Position numbers and translations under genes: made by a program
Shown: positions 1 through 9,556 of the stretch, in pieces
Layout of the letters: each line of letters opens with the position of its first letter
How positions within the stretch are numbered: the first letter of the stretch is position 1
Assembly (NCBI GenBank): GCA_963728205.1
Contig: CAVSIV010000002.1
Location: forward strand, 32,001 to 96,000
Direction: 5' to 3'
DNA: 64,000 nucleotides
From: an uncultured Chloroflexia bacterium
Lineage (GTDB): Bacteria > Chloroflexota > Dehalococcoidia > UBA2979
The notes under the pieces: model-generated
What the model was told of the DNA's origin: nothing
Databases searched by the model: none
The model's input: the letters and a program-made list of their open reading frames with translations, nothing else

Positions 1-121
1 CGGAGACGAACCAGTTTCCCCACCCCGGCGATCCGACCTGTGACCGGCGGACCAGCCAGTGCAGGGTCTGGAACCCCAGCGTGAACAGGATGGCTGCGCT
101 GAACGCGATGATCGTTTCCAC
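1..121 (-). CDS. Possible small membrane protein, 5' part only (runs off the window edge)
   Basis: GTG at 121 opens METIIAFSAAILFTLGFQTLHWLVRRSQVGSPGWGNWFVS with a hydrophobic N-terminus; not in the ORF track; no homology recognised. Confidence 0.3.
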   Translation of the reverse strand, partial: METIIAFSAAILFTLGFQTLHWLVRRSQVGSPGWGNWFVS

Positions 122-207
122 GCCGGGATCGTGTGCTCAGATCCCCGGCGGGGTCAAGGCGCGGTCGCCCCACCTCTCGTATCGTGCGGAGCGGAAGGGG
201 GCAGCGC

Positions 208-1035
208 GTGGATCCCTACATCTGTCGGACCTGCGGGGTGGAGTACGCGGCGAGCGAGCAGCCGCCGGCGCGCTGCGTGATCTGCGACGACGAGCGGCAG
301 TACGTCGGCTGGGGCGGCCAGCGCTGGACGACGATGGCCGAGCTGATCGCCGAGGGCCATCGCAACGACGTCCGCGAGCTCGAGCTCGGGCTGACGGGCA
401 TCGGCATCGCACCCTCGTTCGGCATCGGGCAGCGTGCATTGCTCGTCCGCACCCCCGGCGGCAACGTGCTCTATGACTGCGTCGGCGTGCTCGACGACGA
501 CGCCCGCGCGGCCGTCGCGGCGCTGGGTGGGATCGCGGCGATCTGCCTCTCGCATCCGCACTTCTACGCTGCCATGGTCACGTGGAGCCACGCATTCGAC
601 GGCGCGCCCATCTACGTGCCGGAGTCCGACCGCGAGTTCGTCACCCGCCCCGACGACGTGATCCGCTGGTGGGACGGCAGTCCCACGGAACTCGTCCCCG
701 GCGCGACGCTGATCCGCACCGGCGGGCACTTCCCCGGCAGCGCCGTGCTGCACTGGCGCGACGGGGCCGAGGGCCGCGGTGCGCTCTTCGTGGGCGACTC
801 GATCACGGTGGTTCCGGACCGGCGCTACGTCAGCTTCATGTTCAGTTACCCGAACCTGATCCCGCTGCCGCCGGCCGCCGTGCAGCGGATCGTGGACGCG
901 GTGGAGCCGTTCGCGTTCGACCGCATCTACGGCGGGTGGTGGGGCCGCGACGTGCTCGCCGGCGCGAAGGACGCGGTGCGCGCCTCCGCCGAGCGCTACA
1001 TCGCGATCGAGGAGGGACGGCGGCCGATCACGTAG
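208..1035 (+). CDS. MBL-fold metallo-hydrolase with N-terminal Cys4 zinc-binding motif
   Basis: GTG 208 after GAAGGGGG; CRTC...CVICDDERQY, SHPHFY, GGHFPGS and GDS motifs. Confidence 0.85.
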   Translation: MDPYICRTCGVEYAASEQPPARCVICDDERQYVGWGGQRWTTMAELIAEGHRNDVRELELGLTGIGIAPSFGIGQRALLVRTPGGNVLYDCVGVLDDDARAAVAALGGIAAICLSHPHFYAAMVTWSHAFDGAPIYVPESDREFVTRPDDVIRWWDGSPTELVPGATLIRTGGHFPGSAVLHWRDGAEGRGALFVGDSITVVPDRRYVSFMFSYPNLIPLPPAAVQRIVDAVEPFAFDRIYGGWWGRDVLAGAKDAVRASAERYIAIEEGRRPIT

Positions 1036-1107
1036 CGCATCCTCGCGCCGCCGGGGCCGCCCGTTCGAGCCCGCCGCCAGTGCCGTCCCGCCAGGTCGGG
1101 AGGGCAC

Positions 1108-1707
1108 TCAGTCCTCGAGGATGCGTCGCGCGGCGGCCCGTGCTTCGGCGCGCGCGGCGTCCAGCGAACCCCCATTCACGACATAACGGAACGCCTCGTT
1201 GACGACGGCGCCGATCATCCGCGTCACCAGCGCCGCGTCGCGGTCGCTGCGCCCCCGCGTGGCGAGCACCTGCGCGACCGGCGGCTCGAGCATGGCCACG
1301 AGGCGCTGGTGGCCCGCGACGATCGCCGCCTGCGTATCCGGCCCAACGACGCTCAACTCGCGGATCAGCTGGTTGCCGATGCCATGCTCGTGCTCGGCCG
1401 TCAGCCCCAGCTGGAAGTCGATCCAGCGTTCCACCTGCTCGGCAGGGGGCACGTCGAGCGCGAGGATCGCCGCGGTGCGCTCGACCGTCGGCGCGAGCGC
1501 GCGCTCGAACCACGCGACGAGGATCTCCTCGGTGCTCGCGAAGTAGCGGTAGAGCGAGTTGCGCGCCAGGCCGACCGCGCGCGCGATCTCCGCGTAGTCG
1601 GTGCGCGCGAAGCCGCGCTCGACGAACAGCGCGGCGGCGGCGTCGAGGATGGCGTCGCGCTGCCGGCGGACGTGCTCGGCGAGCGAAGCGGCCCTAATGC
1701 GGGGCAT
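1108..1707 (-). CDS. TetR/AcrR family transcriptional regulator
   Basis: N-terminal HTH ILDAAAALFVERGF...IARAVGLARNSLYRYF; last gene of the ABC operon, overlapping the ATPase stop. Confidence 0.92.
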   Translation of the reverse strand: MPRIRAASLAEHVRRQRDAILDAAAALFVERGFARTDYAEIARAVGLARNSLYRYFASTEEILVAWFERALAPTVERTAAILALDVPPAEQVERWIDFQLGLTAEHEHGIGNQLIRELSVVGPDTQAAIVAGHQRLVAMLEPPVAQVLATRGRSDRDAALVTRMIGAVVNEAFRYVVNGGSLDAARAEARAAARRILED

Positions 1708-2404
1708 GCTCGGCGTCCCCGGGCGCGGCGGGCGCGGCGTCGAGCAGCGCGCCGTCCTGCATGTGCAGCACCCGATCGGCCCAGTCGACGAGGGCAGGGT
1801 CGTGCGTGACGAGGACCGTCGCCACGCCCCGCCGCTTCGTCTCCTCTGCCAGCAGCCGCGCGATCTCGATGCTGCGCGCGTGGTCGAGCGAAGCGGTCGG
1901 CTCGTCGGCGAGCAGCACGGCCGGCGCGGCCATCAGCGCGCGGGCGACGCCCACGCGCTGGCGCTCGCCGCCGGACATCTCGTGCGGCCGACGCGCGGCC
2001 AGCGCGCCGACGCCGAGCTCGTCGAGCAGCGCCTGCGCGCGGTCGCGGCTCTCGGCCCGCAGCTCGCCGCGGATGTGGTCGACGAGCAGCAGCTGCTCGA
2101 TCGCCGTCAGCGGCGCGAGCAAATTGTCGAACTGGAACACGAGCCCGATCTGGCGCGACCGAGTGCGCGCGCGCGCCCGCTCGTTCGTCGCCGTGACGTC
2201 GACGCCGTCGATGCGCACCCGCCCGGCCGTCGGCTGCAGCAGCAGCCCGGCCACCGCCAGCAGGCTCGACTTCCCGGAGCCTGACGGCCCGAGGATGCAG
2301 ACGAGCTCGCCCGGACGCACCTCGACGCTGACGTCGTCGAGCGCGGTCACGGCCTGCGCGCCGCGGCCGAGCTCGAGGTGGATGGACTCCAGTTGCAGCG
2401 TCAT
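1694..2404 (-). CDS. ABC transporter ATP-binding protein (LolD/HrtA-like)
   Basis: ATG 2404 (MTLQLESI); Walker A GPSGSGKS, MSGGERQR, LLADEPT, VTHD. Confidence 0.93.
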   Translation of the reverse strand: MTLQLESIHLELGRGAQAVTALDDVSVEVRPGELVCILGPSGSGKSSLLAVAGLLLQPTAGRVRIDGVDVTATNERARARTRSRQIGLVFQFDNLLAPLTAIEQLLLVDHIRGELRAESRDRAQALLDELGVGALAARRPHEMSGGERQRVGVARALMAAPAVLLADEPTASLDHARSIEIARLLAEETKRRGVATVLVTHDPALVDWADRVLHMQDGALLDAAPAAPGDAEHAPH

Positions 2405-3513
2405 CGGCGCACCCCCAGCGCGAGCAGCGGGTCGACCGCGGTCACCCGGCGCACGCCGATCAGCGCGCCGACGAGACCGGTCGCGACGAGCAGCAGCGAC
2501 GCCAGCACGACCGGCTGCGCGCGCAGCGCGAACGGCACGGCGCCCGGCACGAGCATGCCCAGCCCCACGCCGATTCCCGTGCCCACCAGCACGAACGCGA
2601 CCATCACGAGCAGCGCCTGCCCGAGCGCGTCGCGCAGCACATAGCGGTTCGACGCGCCGAGCGCCTTCAGCACGCCGATCTCCGGCGTGCGCTGGATCGT
2701 CCACACGGTGAAGAACGCCCCGACCATCAGCGCTGAGATCACGTAGAGGAAGCCGCGGATCAGCGTCATCGTCGACGTCTCGGCGCTGTAACCGGGCGAG
2801 CCGGCGTACGCGCCGCTCTTTGTCACGCTCTCGGTGCCGAGCTTCGCGTCGATTGCCGCGACGTCCGTGGCGGCTGGCACGCGCAGTGCGACGGCGGACG
2901 CGAGCTGGCTCGCCCCCGCCGACAGCTCGCCGTTCGAGGCGAGCCCGTAGGTCGCGCGCTGCCACAGCGCCAGCGACGCGTACGCGATCGGGACGTGCCC
3001 GTACGACGCGCGCGCCGCCGTGCCCACGACGCGCACCTGCAGCGCGACCGGCTCGAGCGTGAGCGTGTCGCCGATGTGCACGCCCTGGTCGACCAGCTGC
3101 TGCGTCACCACGATGCCGTCGTCGGCCGCCCCGATCGGCCGGCCGGCCGCGGCGCCGGGGTCGATGAACGAGCCGGGCTGGATGCCGAACATCGCGATGT
3201 CGACGGCGACGCCGCCCGCGGTGCGCCCGTTGAAGATGGTGCTGCCGAGCGGAGCGGCCTGGACCCCGGGCTCGGTCGCCCAGCCCTGCCACATCGTCTG
3301 CTTCACGGTCGACCGCGAGAACGTCGCTTTCGCGCCCGGCTGGAACGCGAGGTGCGTCACGGGGAGGGCGCGCAGCCCGCTGATGCCGTCGTCGACGAGG
3401 CCCGTGGCGAGGCCGGACAGCAGGACGGTGAGCACGCCGACGAGCGCGACGACGGCGCCGATCAGCACGAAGCGGCCGCGGGTGAACCACAGCTCGCGGA
3501 GGGACAGGAACAT
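2401..3513 (-). CDS. FtsX/MacB-like ABC permease (HrtB-like)
   Basis: ATG 3513 (MFLSLRELW); one N-terminal TM, extracellular domain, EIGVLKALGAS motif, three C-terminal TMs. Confidence 0.88.
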   Translation of the reverse strand: MFLSLRELWFTRGRFVLIGAVVALVGVLTVLLSGLATGLVDDGISGLRALPVTHLAFQPGAKATFSRSTVKQTMWQGWATEPGVQAAPLGSTIFNGRTAGGVAVDIAMFGIQPGSFIDPGAAAGRPIGAADDGIVVTQQLVDQGVHIGDTLTLEPVALQVRVVGTAARASYGHVPIAYASLALWQRATYGLASNGELSAGASQLASAVALRVPAATDVAAIDAKLGTESVTKSGAYAGSPGYSAETSTMTLIRGFLYVISALMVGAFFTVWTIQRTPEIGVLKALGASNRYVLRDALGQALLVMVAFVLVGTGIGVGLGMLVPGAVPFALRAQPVVLASLLLVATGLVGALIGVRRVTAVDPLLALGVRR

Positions 3514-3533
3514 CCGCTTGCCCTTCGCAGATA

Positions 3534-3561
3534 GCGACAGGTTGTCGCGACAGAGTGTCGC
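3534..3561. promoter_or_regulatory. Two overlapping 15-bp palindromes GCGACA-N3-TGTCGC, putative TetR operators
   Basis: GCGACAggtTGTCGC (3534-3548) and GCGACAgagTGTCGC (3547-3561), about 20 nt upstream of the permease start. Confidence 0.65.
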
Positions 3562-3585
3562 GACCATCGGATGCACGGGCAAGCG

Positions 3586-3613
3586 ACGGGGCGGGCCGTC
3601 TGGCCCGCCCCGT
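3586..3613 (-). terminator. GC-rich hairpin after dppC, putative terminator
   Basis: Perfect 12-bp stem ACGGGGCGGGCC/GGCCCGCCCCGT with 4-nt loop; weak U-tract. Confidence 0.5.
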
Positions 3614-3640
3614 GCCGCGCTCTCGGTCAAACGCGAGAAT

Positions 3641-4603
3641 TCAGCTGCGCATGCGCGGGTCGAGGACGTCGCGCAGGGCGTCGCCGAGCACGTTGAAGCC
3701 GAAGACCGCCATGCTCAGCGCGAGCCCCGGCGCGATCAGCAGCCAGGGCGCGCGGTCCATCCACTGTCGTCCTTCGCGGCTGAGCATGCCGCCCCACGTC
3801 GGGACGTCGGGCGGCACGCCGAGCCCGAGAAACGACAGCGTCGCCTCGAGCAGGATCGCCTGCCCCAGCCAGAGCGTGGCGAGCGTGATCGTGAGCGGCA
3901 GGATGTTCGGCAGGATGTGCACGTTCATCAGCCGGAAGTCGCTCGCGCCGAGCGCGCGCGCCGCCTCGACGTAGGTCGTCGAGCCGACGGACAGCGTGTT
4001 GCTGCGAATCACCCGCGACGCGCCCACCCCGAGCAGGATGCCGATCGAGGCCATCAGCACCACGTTCTCGGTGCGGAAGAGCCCCTTCGCCGGCAGGAAC
4101 GGGATGCGGTAGCCGTGGAAGATGGCGACCACCGCGAGGATGAACACGAGCCCGGGGAACGCCATGAACGCGTCGACGAGTCGCTGGAAGAGCGTGTCCA
4201 CCCAGCCGCCGAGAAAGCCGGACGTCGCGCCGATCGTGACCGCGATGAACGTCCCCCCGAGCACCGCGATCATCCCGATCGTGATCGACACGCGCGCCCC
4301 GAAGACGACCCGGCTGAACACGTCGCGTCCCAGGTTGTCGGTGCCGAAAAAGTGCGAGAGCGACGGCGCGGCGAGGCGTGGGCCGACGCCGAGCGCGTTC
4401 GGGTCGGACGGCGCGATCAGCGGCGCGAACACGGCGCAGACGACGAACAGCAGCACGAGGGCGAGTCCCACCACGCCGAGCGGCTTGCCGCGGAGCAGGC
4501 GCAGGAAGGCGTCGACGTAGAGGTTATGGGCTGCGCGGCCGCGCCCCTGCGGCTCGAGAACGATCGGCGGTGCGAGCGGCGGACGAGCGATGTCTTCGTT
4601 CAC
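3641..4603 (-). CDS. Dpp/Opp-type ABC permease (DppC/OppC family)
   Basis: HFFGTDNLGRDVFSRV, YVEAARALGAS (EAA loop), LSFLGLG, GDALRDVLDPR. Confidence 0.93.
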   Translation of the reverse strand: MNEDIARPPLAPPIVLEPQGRGRAAHNLYVDAFLRLLRGKPLGVVGLALVLLFVVCAVFAPLIAPSDPNALGVGPRLAAPSLSHFFGTDNLGRDVFSRVVFGARVSITIGMIAVLGGTFIAVTIGATSGFLGGWVDTLFQRLVDAFMAFPGLVFILAVVAIFHGYRIPFLPAKGLFRTENVVLMASIGILLGVGASRVIRSNTLSVGSTTYVEAARALGASDFRLMNVHILPNILPLTITLATLWLGQAILLEATLSFLGLGVPPDVPTWGGMLSREGRQWMDRAPWLLIAPGLALSMAVFGFNVLGDALRDVLDPRMRS

Positions 4604-4612
4604 GCGTGCTCC

Positions 4613-5563
4613 CTACTGGTACCGGATCCGCGGGTCGATCGCGCTGTACGTGAGATCGACGAGCAGGTTGACGGTGACGATCACGACCGCGAGCACGAGC
4701 ACGACGCCCTGCACCGACCAGTAGTCGCGCTGGAAGATCGCGCCGATGAAGTAGCGGCCCATCCCCGGGATGTTGAAGATCTGCTCCATGATCAGCGTGC
4801 CGCTGATCGCGAAGCCGACCTGCAGCCCAATCAGCGTGATGACCGGGATCATGGCGTTCTTCATCGCGTGGCGGAGGACGACGGCTGAGGCGGTCAGCCC
4901 CTTCGACTCGGCCGTGCGGATGTAGTCCTGCCGCATCACCTCGAGCATCATCGTGCGGGTCGTGCGCATCACGCTCCCGGTTCCGTTGATCCCGAGCAGC
5001 AGCGCCGGCCAGAAGAAGAAGTAGAGGTGCCGGACTGGACTGTCCGACCACCCGATGTATTTCAGCGGCGGCGCCCAGCCGAACCAGATCACCGGGAAGA
5101 TGACGAGGCAGAGCGCCGTCACGAAGTACGGCACGGAGAGCGCCAGGATGGCGAAGCTCCTGGCCACGTAGTCGACGTAGGTGTCCTGTTTCACCGCCGC
5201 GATGATGCCGACAGGGATGGCGACGAGCAGTCCGATCAGCACCGAGTAGGTCCCGAGCTCCAGCGTCACCGGCAGCCGCGTCTTGATCTCGCTGCCGACG
5301 GAGCGCTGCGTCCACGGCGATGAGCCGAGGTCACCGTGCGCCACACCTTCGAGGTAATGGACGAACTGGATCGGGATCGGCTGATCCAGCCCGAGATTCG
5401 CGCGCATCGCGTCCATGTCGGCCTGCGTCGCGTAGGGGCGCTCCGACATGATCATCTGAACGACGTCGCCCGGCACGAGCCGGACGATGGCGAACGTCAT
5501 GAAGATGACCAGGAAGATCGTGGGCACCGCCAGCCCGACCCGGCGGATGATGTAGCGCTGCAT
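4613..5563 (-). CDS. Dpp/Opp-type ABC permease (DppB/OppB family)
   Basis: ATG 5563 (MQRYIIRR); GDLGSS, QDYIRTAESKGL, HAMKNA, IDPRIRY. Confidence 0.93.
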   Translation of the reverse strand: MQRYIIRRVGLAVPTIFLVIFMTFAIVRLVPGDVVQMIMSERPYATQADMDAMRANLGLDQPIPIQFVHYLEGVAHGDLGSSPWTQRSVGSEIKTRLPVTLELGTYSVLIGLLVAIPVGIIAAVKQDTYVDYVARSFAILALSVPYFVTALCLVIFPVIWFGWAPPLKYIGWSDSPVRHLYFFFWPALLLGINGTGSVMRTTRTMMLEVMRQDYIRTAESKGLTASAVVLRHAMKNAMIPVITLIGLQVGFAISGTLIMEQIFNIPGMGRYFIGAIFQRDYWSVQGVVLVLAVVIVTVNLLVDLTYSAIDPRIRYQ

Positions 5564-5676
5564 CGTCGCCTCCTCGATCGGCCCCACGTGCGAGCCGATC
5601 CCCGTGACGGCGGGCCAGCGCGACTGGATGTTCGCGCCGGCCCGCCGCCGGGTGGGTGTCCGAGAGCGGCTCTGCG

Positions 5677-7359
5677 TTATGCCTTCCGGTCGAGCCAGAG
5701 CGACGCCCAGTTGTTCTCGTACCGGTCGAGCGAGTACCACCAGCCCTTCACGGACTGGTCGAGGAACTCGTGAATGTTCGGCGTGAACATGAACGCCATC
5801 GGGAAGTCCTGGACGATCTTCTTCTGCGCGTCCTGCACGACCGACTGCCGCTCCTTGAAATCGACGGTGACGGCCTGCTTGTCGATGAGATCGAAGATGT
5901 CCTTGTTGTAGTGCTTGAAGTACGTCGAGTTCTTGCCGAAGTAGGCAGACAGGTCCTCGTCTGGTTCGGGACTGTTGAGCGGGACGTGGTGTGAGAACGT
6001 GTAGTCGTACTTGTAGGTCTGGTTGTAGTACGCGGCGAGCTCCATCGGCTTCAGCTCGATCTGCGCGTTGATCTTCGACAGCTGCTGCTTGATCACCTCG
6101 CCGATCTGGTCGGCGTCCGGGTTGGTCGCCCAGATCATCGGCCCGGCGATGGACGGGTTCCCCGCCGCCTTGAGCAAGTCCGCCGCCTTCTTCGCGTCGA
6201 ACCCGGCGAGCTCCTCGGTCAACGTCCAGTTCGTGAACTGCGGGAGGATCGGGCCCTTCGTCAGCTGGCCGTCGCCGGAGTACACCAGGTCGAGCACGGA
6301 CTTCTTGTCGATCGACCGCACGATCGCCTCGCGCACGCGGATGTCGTCGAACGGCTTGACGTAGGGTTTGTCCTGCGTCGTCGGCATCATGCGGAACTCG
6401 CGCCAGAACTGGCTCGGCACCGCCTTGTACTGCGAGTCGCTGCTGCGCCCGTTCTTCACGCGGTCGAGTTGCTGCTGCGTCGTCGTGAGTGCGTCGACCT
6501 TGTGGTCGAGGTACAGCGTCGCCTGCGTGTCGGGCTCGGTGACGAGGAGGACGACGATGTTGTCGACGTACGGTTGTCCCGACACGAAGTAGTCGGGGTT
6601 CTTTTTCCAGGTGATCTGCACCGCCTTCTGCCACTCGTCGAAGATGAAGGGACCGGTGCCGACCACGTGCTGAGTGAGGTCGCCGTACTTCTCGACGGCC
6701 TCGCGGTTCACCATGCAGGTCCACGGCGAGCTGATGTAGTTCTGGAAGGGTGCGTACGGTCCCTTCGTCTTGAAGATCACCGTGTGGTCGTCGGGCGTCT
6801 GGATGTCGTCCAGCTTGTCCTTGAAGTAGTAGGCATGCTGGAACTTGCCCGGGTCGTCCGTCGCCTGCCGCTGGATGCTGTACTTGACGTCTTCTGCGAC
6901 GAATTCGCGCCCGTTCACGGGCTCGATGTTCTGGAACTTGATGCCCTTCTTGAGCTTGTAGACGTAGGTCTGCGCGTCGGGGACCTCGGGCAGCGCCTCG
7001 GTCATCTCCGGCTCGATCTTCGTGAGGTCGCCGGTGAAGCGTGTGAGGATGTTGTAGCCCATGCGCATCGGCCAGAACGTGTCGAAGGCCGGGTCGAGGC
7101 TGCGTGGTTCAGAACCGGTCACCGTGGTGAACGTGCCGCCGCTCTTCGGCTGCTGGCCGGCCGCGGCCGTCGAGGCGCCGGCGGTGGCTGAACTGCCGCC
7201 GCTGGACGTGGCGCCCCCGCCGCTCGTCGCGGTCGGCGTGGATGAGCTGCTGCCGCATCCGATCAGCGCCGCCCCCGCGAGCCCGGCGGTTGCCAGGCCC
7301 GCCCCGCGCAGCGCGGCGCGCCGACCCACGGCCCGCGTCCAGTAGTTCCCCTCGCGCAT
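5677..7359 (-). CDS. Family-5 ABC substrate-binding lipoprotein with Tat-type signal
   Basis: RRAALRG twin-Arg, LIGC lipobox, Ser/Thr/Gly linker, GTGPF and family-5 motifs; GAGGAGGG RBS. Confidence 0.92.
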   Translation of the reverse strand: MREGNYWTRAVGRRAALRGAGLATAGLAGAALIGCGSSSSTPTATSGGGATSSGGSSATAGASTAAAGQQPKSGGTFTTVTGSEPRSLDPAFDTFWPMRMGYNILTRFTGDLTKIEPEMTEALPEVPDAQTYVYKLKKGIKFQNIEPVNGREFVAEDVKYSIQRQATDDPGKFQHAYYFKDKLDDIQTPDDHTVIFKTKGPYAPFQNYISSPWTCMVNREAVEKYGDLTQHVVGTGPFIFDEWQKAVQITWKKNPDYFVSGQPYVDNIVVLLVTEPDTQATLYLDHKVDALTTTQQQLDRVKNGRSSDSQYKAVPSQFWREFRMMPTTQDKPYVKPFDDIRVREAIVRSIDKKSVLDLVYSGDGQLTKGPILPQFTNWTLTEELAGFDAKKAADLLKAAGNPSIAGPMIWATNPDADQIGEVIKQQLSKINAQIELKPMELAAYYNQTYKYDYTFSHHVPLNSPEPDEDLSAYFGKNSTYFKHYNKDIFDLIDKQAVTVDFKERQSVVQDAQKKIVQDFPMAFMFTPNIHEFLDQSVKGWWYSLDRYENNWASLWLDRKA

Positions 7360-7470
7360 CCGTTCCCTCCTCTGGACACGCCGCGGCCGGTGGTGGCCGG
7401 CGGCGATATGCGCGGAGTTTATACACGGATGTAAAGCAGCGATGTGATAACGAGTCGACGAGCGAGGCGC

Positions 7471-8880
7471 CTACTGGCGCGTCTGCAGGAACGCCACCAG
7501 GGCGCTGAGCTGATCCGGCGACAGCGTCTTCGCGAACGCGGGCATGTTGTGCCCGCCGTTCAGGATCCGCCACGTCATCTGGTCCGACGACAGCCGCCGC
7601 CCGACGGTCGACAGGTTCGGCCCGCGGTCGCCGCCCACGCCGCCGATCGTGTGGCACGCGATGCAGCCGTGCGCCTGGAAGAGCTGCGCTCCGGTCGCCG
7701 GCTCGCCGCTCAGCGACGCCGTCACCGCGGTCGGTAGCGCCGGCGGCGGCAGGGCGGGCGACCACGGCGCGAGGTGCCCCTCGTAGATCAACGCGGCCAT
7801 CGCGATCACCAGCACGCCGACCGTGCCCACGGCCCACGGCCGGCGCCGCAGGCTGCGCTCGCCGCGCGGGAACACGAACGGCACGAGGAACAGCACTGCC
7901 GCGGCCAGCGCCGGTAGCCCGATGATCAGCCAGTCCTCCAGCTTCGGCGGGATCAGCGCCAGCAGCGCGAACAGCCAGAGGAAGTACCAGTCCGGCCGCG
8001 GGTCGGCGTGGAGGTTCGCCGGGTTCGCCCGCGCCGCCAGCGCCTTCGGCCCCACGAACACGGCGAGCGCCACCACGATCACGCCGATGCCGAGCGCGAA
8101 GACGACGTCGCGCCACGCCGCGTCCGGCCAGAACGGGATGCCGTCGCGGCGCAGCAACTCCTCGTACTCCTCCTCGTAGGTCTCCGGGTCCACCGTCGCG
8201 CCGGGCCGCGGCGGCTCGGAGATGCCGTGCCGCACGACCAGGAAGAGGTGCACGCCGACCGTCCCGAAGATCAGCGCCGGCAACAGGAAGACGTGCGTCG
8301 CGTAGAAGCGCGTCAGCGTGGCGCCACCGATGGTCTTGCCGGCGATCACGACGTGCGCGACGAGGTTGCCGATCACCGGCGTCCGCGCGCCCTGCTCGGC
8401 GGCGACCGCGATCGCCCAGTACGCGTCCTGGTCCCAGCGCAGCAGCTGACCGGTGAACGCCATGCCGAGCGTGAGGAACAGGAGTACGACGCCGGTCAGC
8501 CAGTTCAGCTCGCGCGGGAACTTGAACGCGCCCGTGAGGAAGACGCGGATCGCGTGGAGCGCGATCAGGATCACCATCGCCGACGCGCCCCAGTAGTGGA
8601 TGCCGCGGATCACGCGCCCGAGCGTCGCCGTCTGCGAGATGAACTGCAGACTGTCGTAGGCGTGCGCGGTGGTCGGCACGTACGTGAAGGCGAGCGCGAC
8701 GCCCGTGATCACCTGCATCACGAACGCCACGAGCGTCGCGCTGCCCAGCACGTACCACCAGTTCACGTTCCGCGGCACCGGGTGCTGGATGACCGGCAGC
8801 ATCCAGCGCGAGAACGCCAGCCGGTGGTCCAGCCACCGCGCCACGGCGCGTACCCATTCCGTCGCGGTGTGCATGGTCAC
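7471..8880 (-). CDS. Cytochrome b (b6 plus subunit IV) fused to C-terminal cytochrome c
   Basis: GTG 8880 overlapping the Rieske stop (or ATG 8874); RGIHYWGAS, LHAIRVF, YATHVF, GVHLF heme ligands; PDWY Qo motif; CIACH and MPAF. Confidence 0.93.
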   Translation of the reverse strand: MTMHTATEWVRAVARWLDHRLAFSRWMLPVIQHPVPRNVNWWYVLGSATLVAFVMQVITGVALAFTYVPTTAHAYDSLQFISQTATLGRVIRGIHYWGASAMVILIALHAIRVFLTGAFKFPRELNWLTGVVLLFLTLGMAFTGQLLRWDQDAYWAIAVAAEQGARTPVIGNLVAHVVIAGKTIGGATLTRFYATHVFLLPALIFGTVGVHLFLVVRHGISEPPRPGATVDPETYEEEYEELLRRDGIPFWPDAAWRDVVFALGIGVIVVALAVFVGPKALAARANPANLHADPRPDWYFLWLFALLALIPPKLEDWLIIGLPALAAAVLFLVPFVFPRGERSLRRRPWAVGTVGVLVIAMAALIYEGHLAPWSPALPPPALPTAVTASLSGEPATGAQLFQAHGCIACHTIGGVGGDRGPNLSTVGRRLSSDQMTWRILNGGHNMPAFAKTLSPDQLSALVAFLQTRQ

Positions 8881-9350
8881 GGCACCTGCAGCCCGCGCGT
8901 GAGCAGCTGCACGTGTCCGCCCTGCACGCGCGTCTCGTAGTGGAACAGCGCGTGCGGCGGCGGCCCGGCGGCCACCTCGCCATCCGCGTAGTACACGCCG
9001 CCGTGACACGGGCAGAGGAACAGCCCCGCGTCCTGGAGCCACGACACGGGACAGCCGAGGTGCGTGCAGTTCACCGCGAACGCCGTGAACCTGTCGTTCG
9101 AGTCGCGCCGCAGCCACGCGCCGATCGTCGCGGTCTGGCCGGCCCACGGCAGCGGCGACGGGTCCTGGAACGTGACCTCGACGGTCTTTCCCACCTCGAA
9201 CTGATCGACCGCCCCGACGTCCTCCCAGCGGTCCGCCGCCGGGTGGATCAGCGGCTCGAGCAGGTAGCCGACGATCGGCACGATCACGACCGCGCCGGCG
9301 AGGCCGCTGAGCCCGAGCATCGACACGTTGAGGAACCGCCTGCGGTTCAC
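8877..9350 (-). CDS. Rieske 2Fe-2S subunit of menaquinol:cytochrome c reductase
   Basis: GTG 9350; NRRRFL Tat anchor; CTHLGC and CPCHGG boxes. Confidence 0.93.
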   Translation of the reverse strand: MNRRRFLNVSMLGLSGLAGAVVIVPIVGYLLEPLIHPAADRWEDVGAVDQFEVGKTVEVTFQDPSPLPWAGQTATIGAWLRRDSNDRFTAFAVNCTHLGCPVSWLQDAGLFLCPCHGGVYYADGEVAAGPPPHALFHYETRVQGGHVQLLTRGLQVP

Positions 9351-9556
9351 GCGATCAGCTCCCGCACCCAGCCGCCGATCGCGAAGGCGATCAACGCGAG
9401 CCCCACGCCGGTGAACGCGTACGACGACGTGAAGCCGAACGCGAACAGCGTCACGCCACCGGCGAGCACGAACGGCCAGATCGAGGGCGCGGTCTCGCCG
9501 CCCTCGCGCGCAGCCGCCTGGTCCGCCGCCGGCTGGTCGACCGACTCGTACGTCAT
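9347..9556 (-). CDS. Small two-TM subunit (cytochrome c oxidase subunit IV-like)
   Basis: ATG 9556; PSIWPFVLA...GGWVRE; 4-bp overlaps with both neighbours. Confidence 0.7.
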   Translation of the reverse strand: MTYESVDQPAADQAAAREGGETAPSIWPFVLAGGVTLFAFGFTSSYAFTGVGLALIAFAIGGWVRELIA

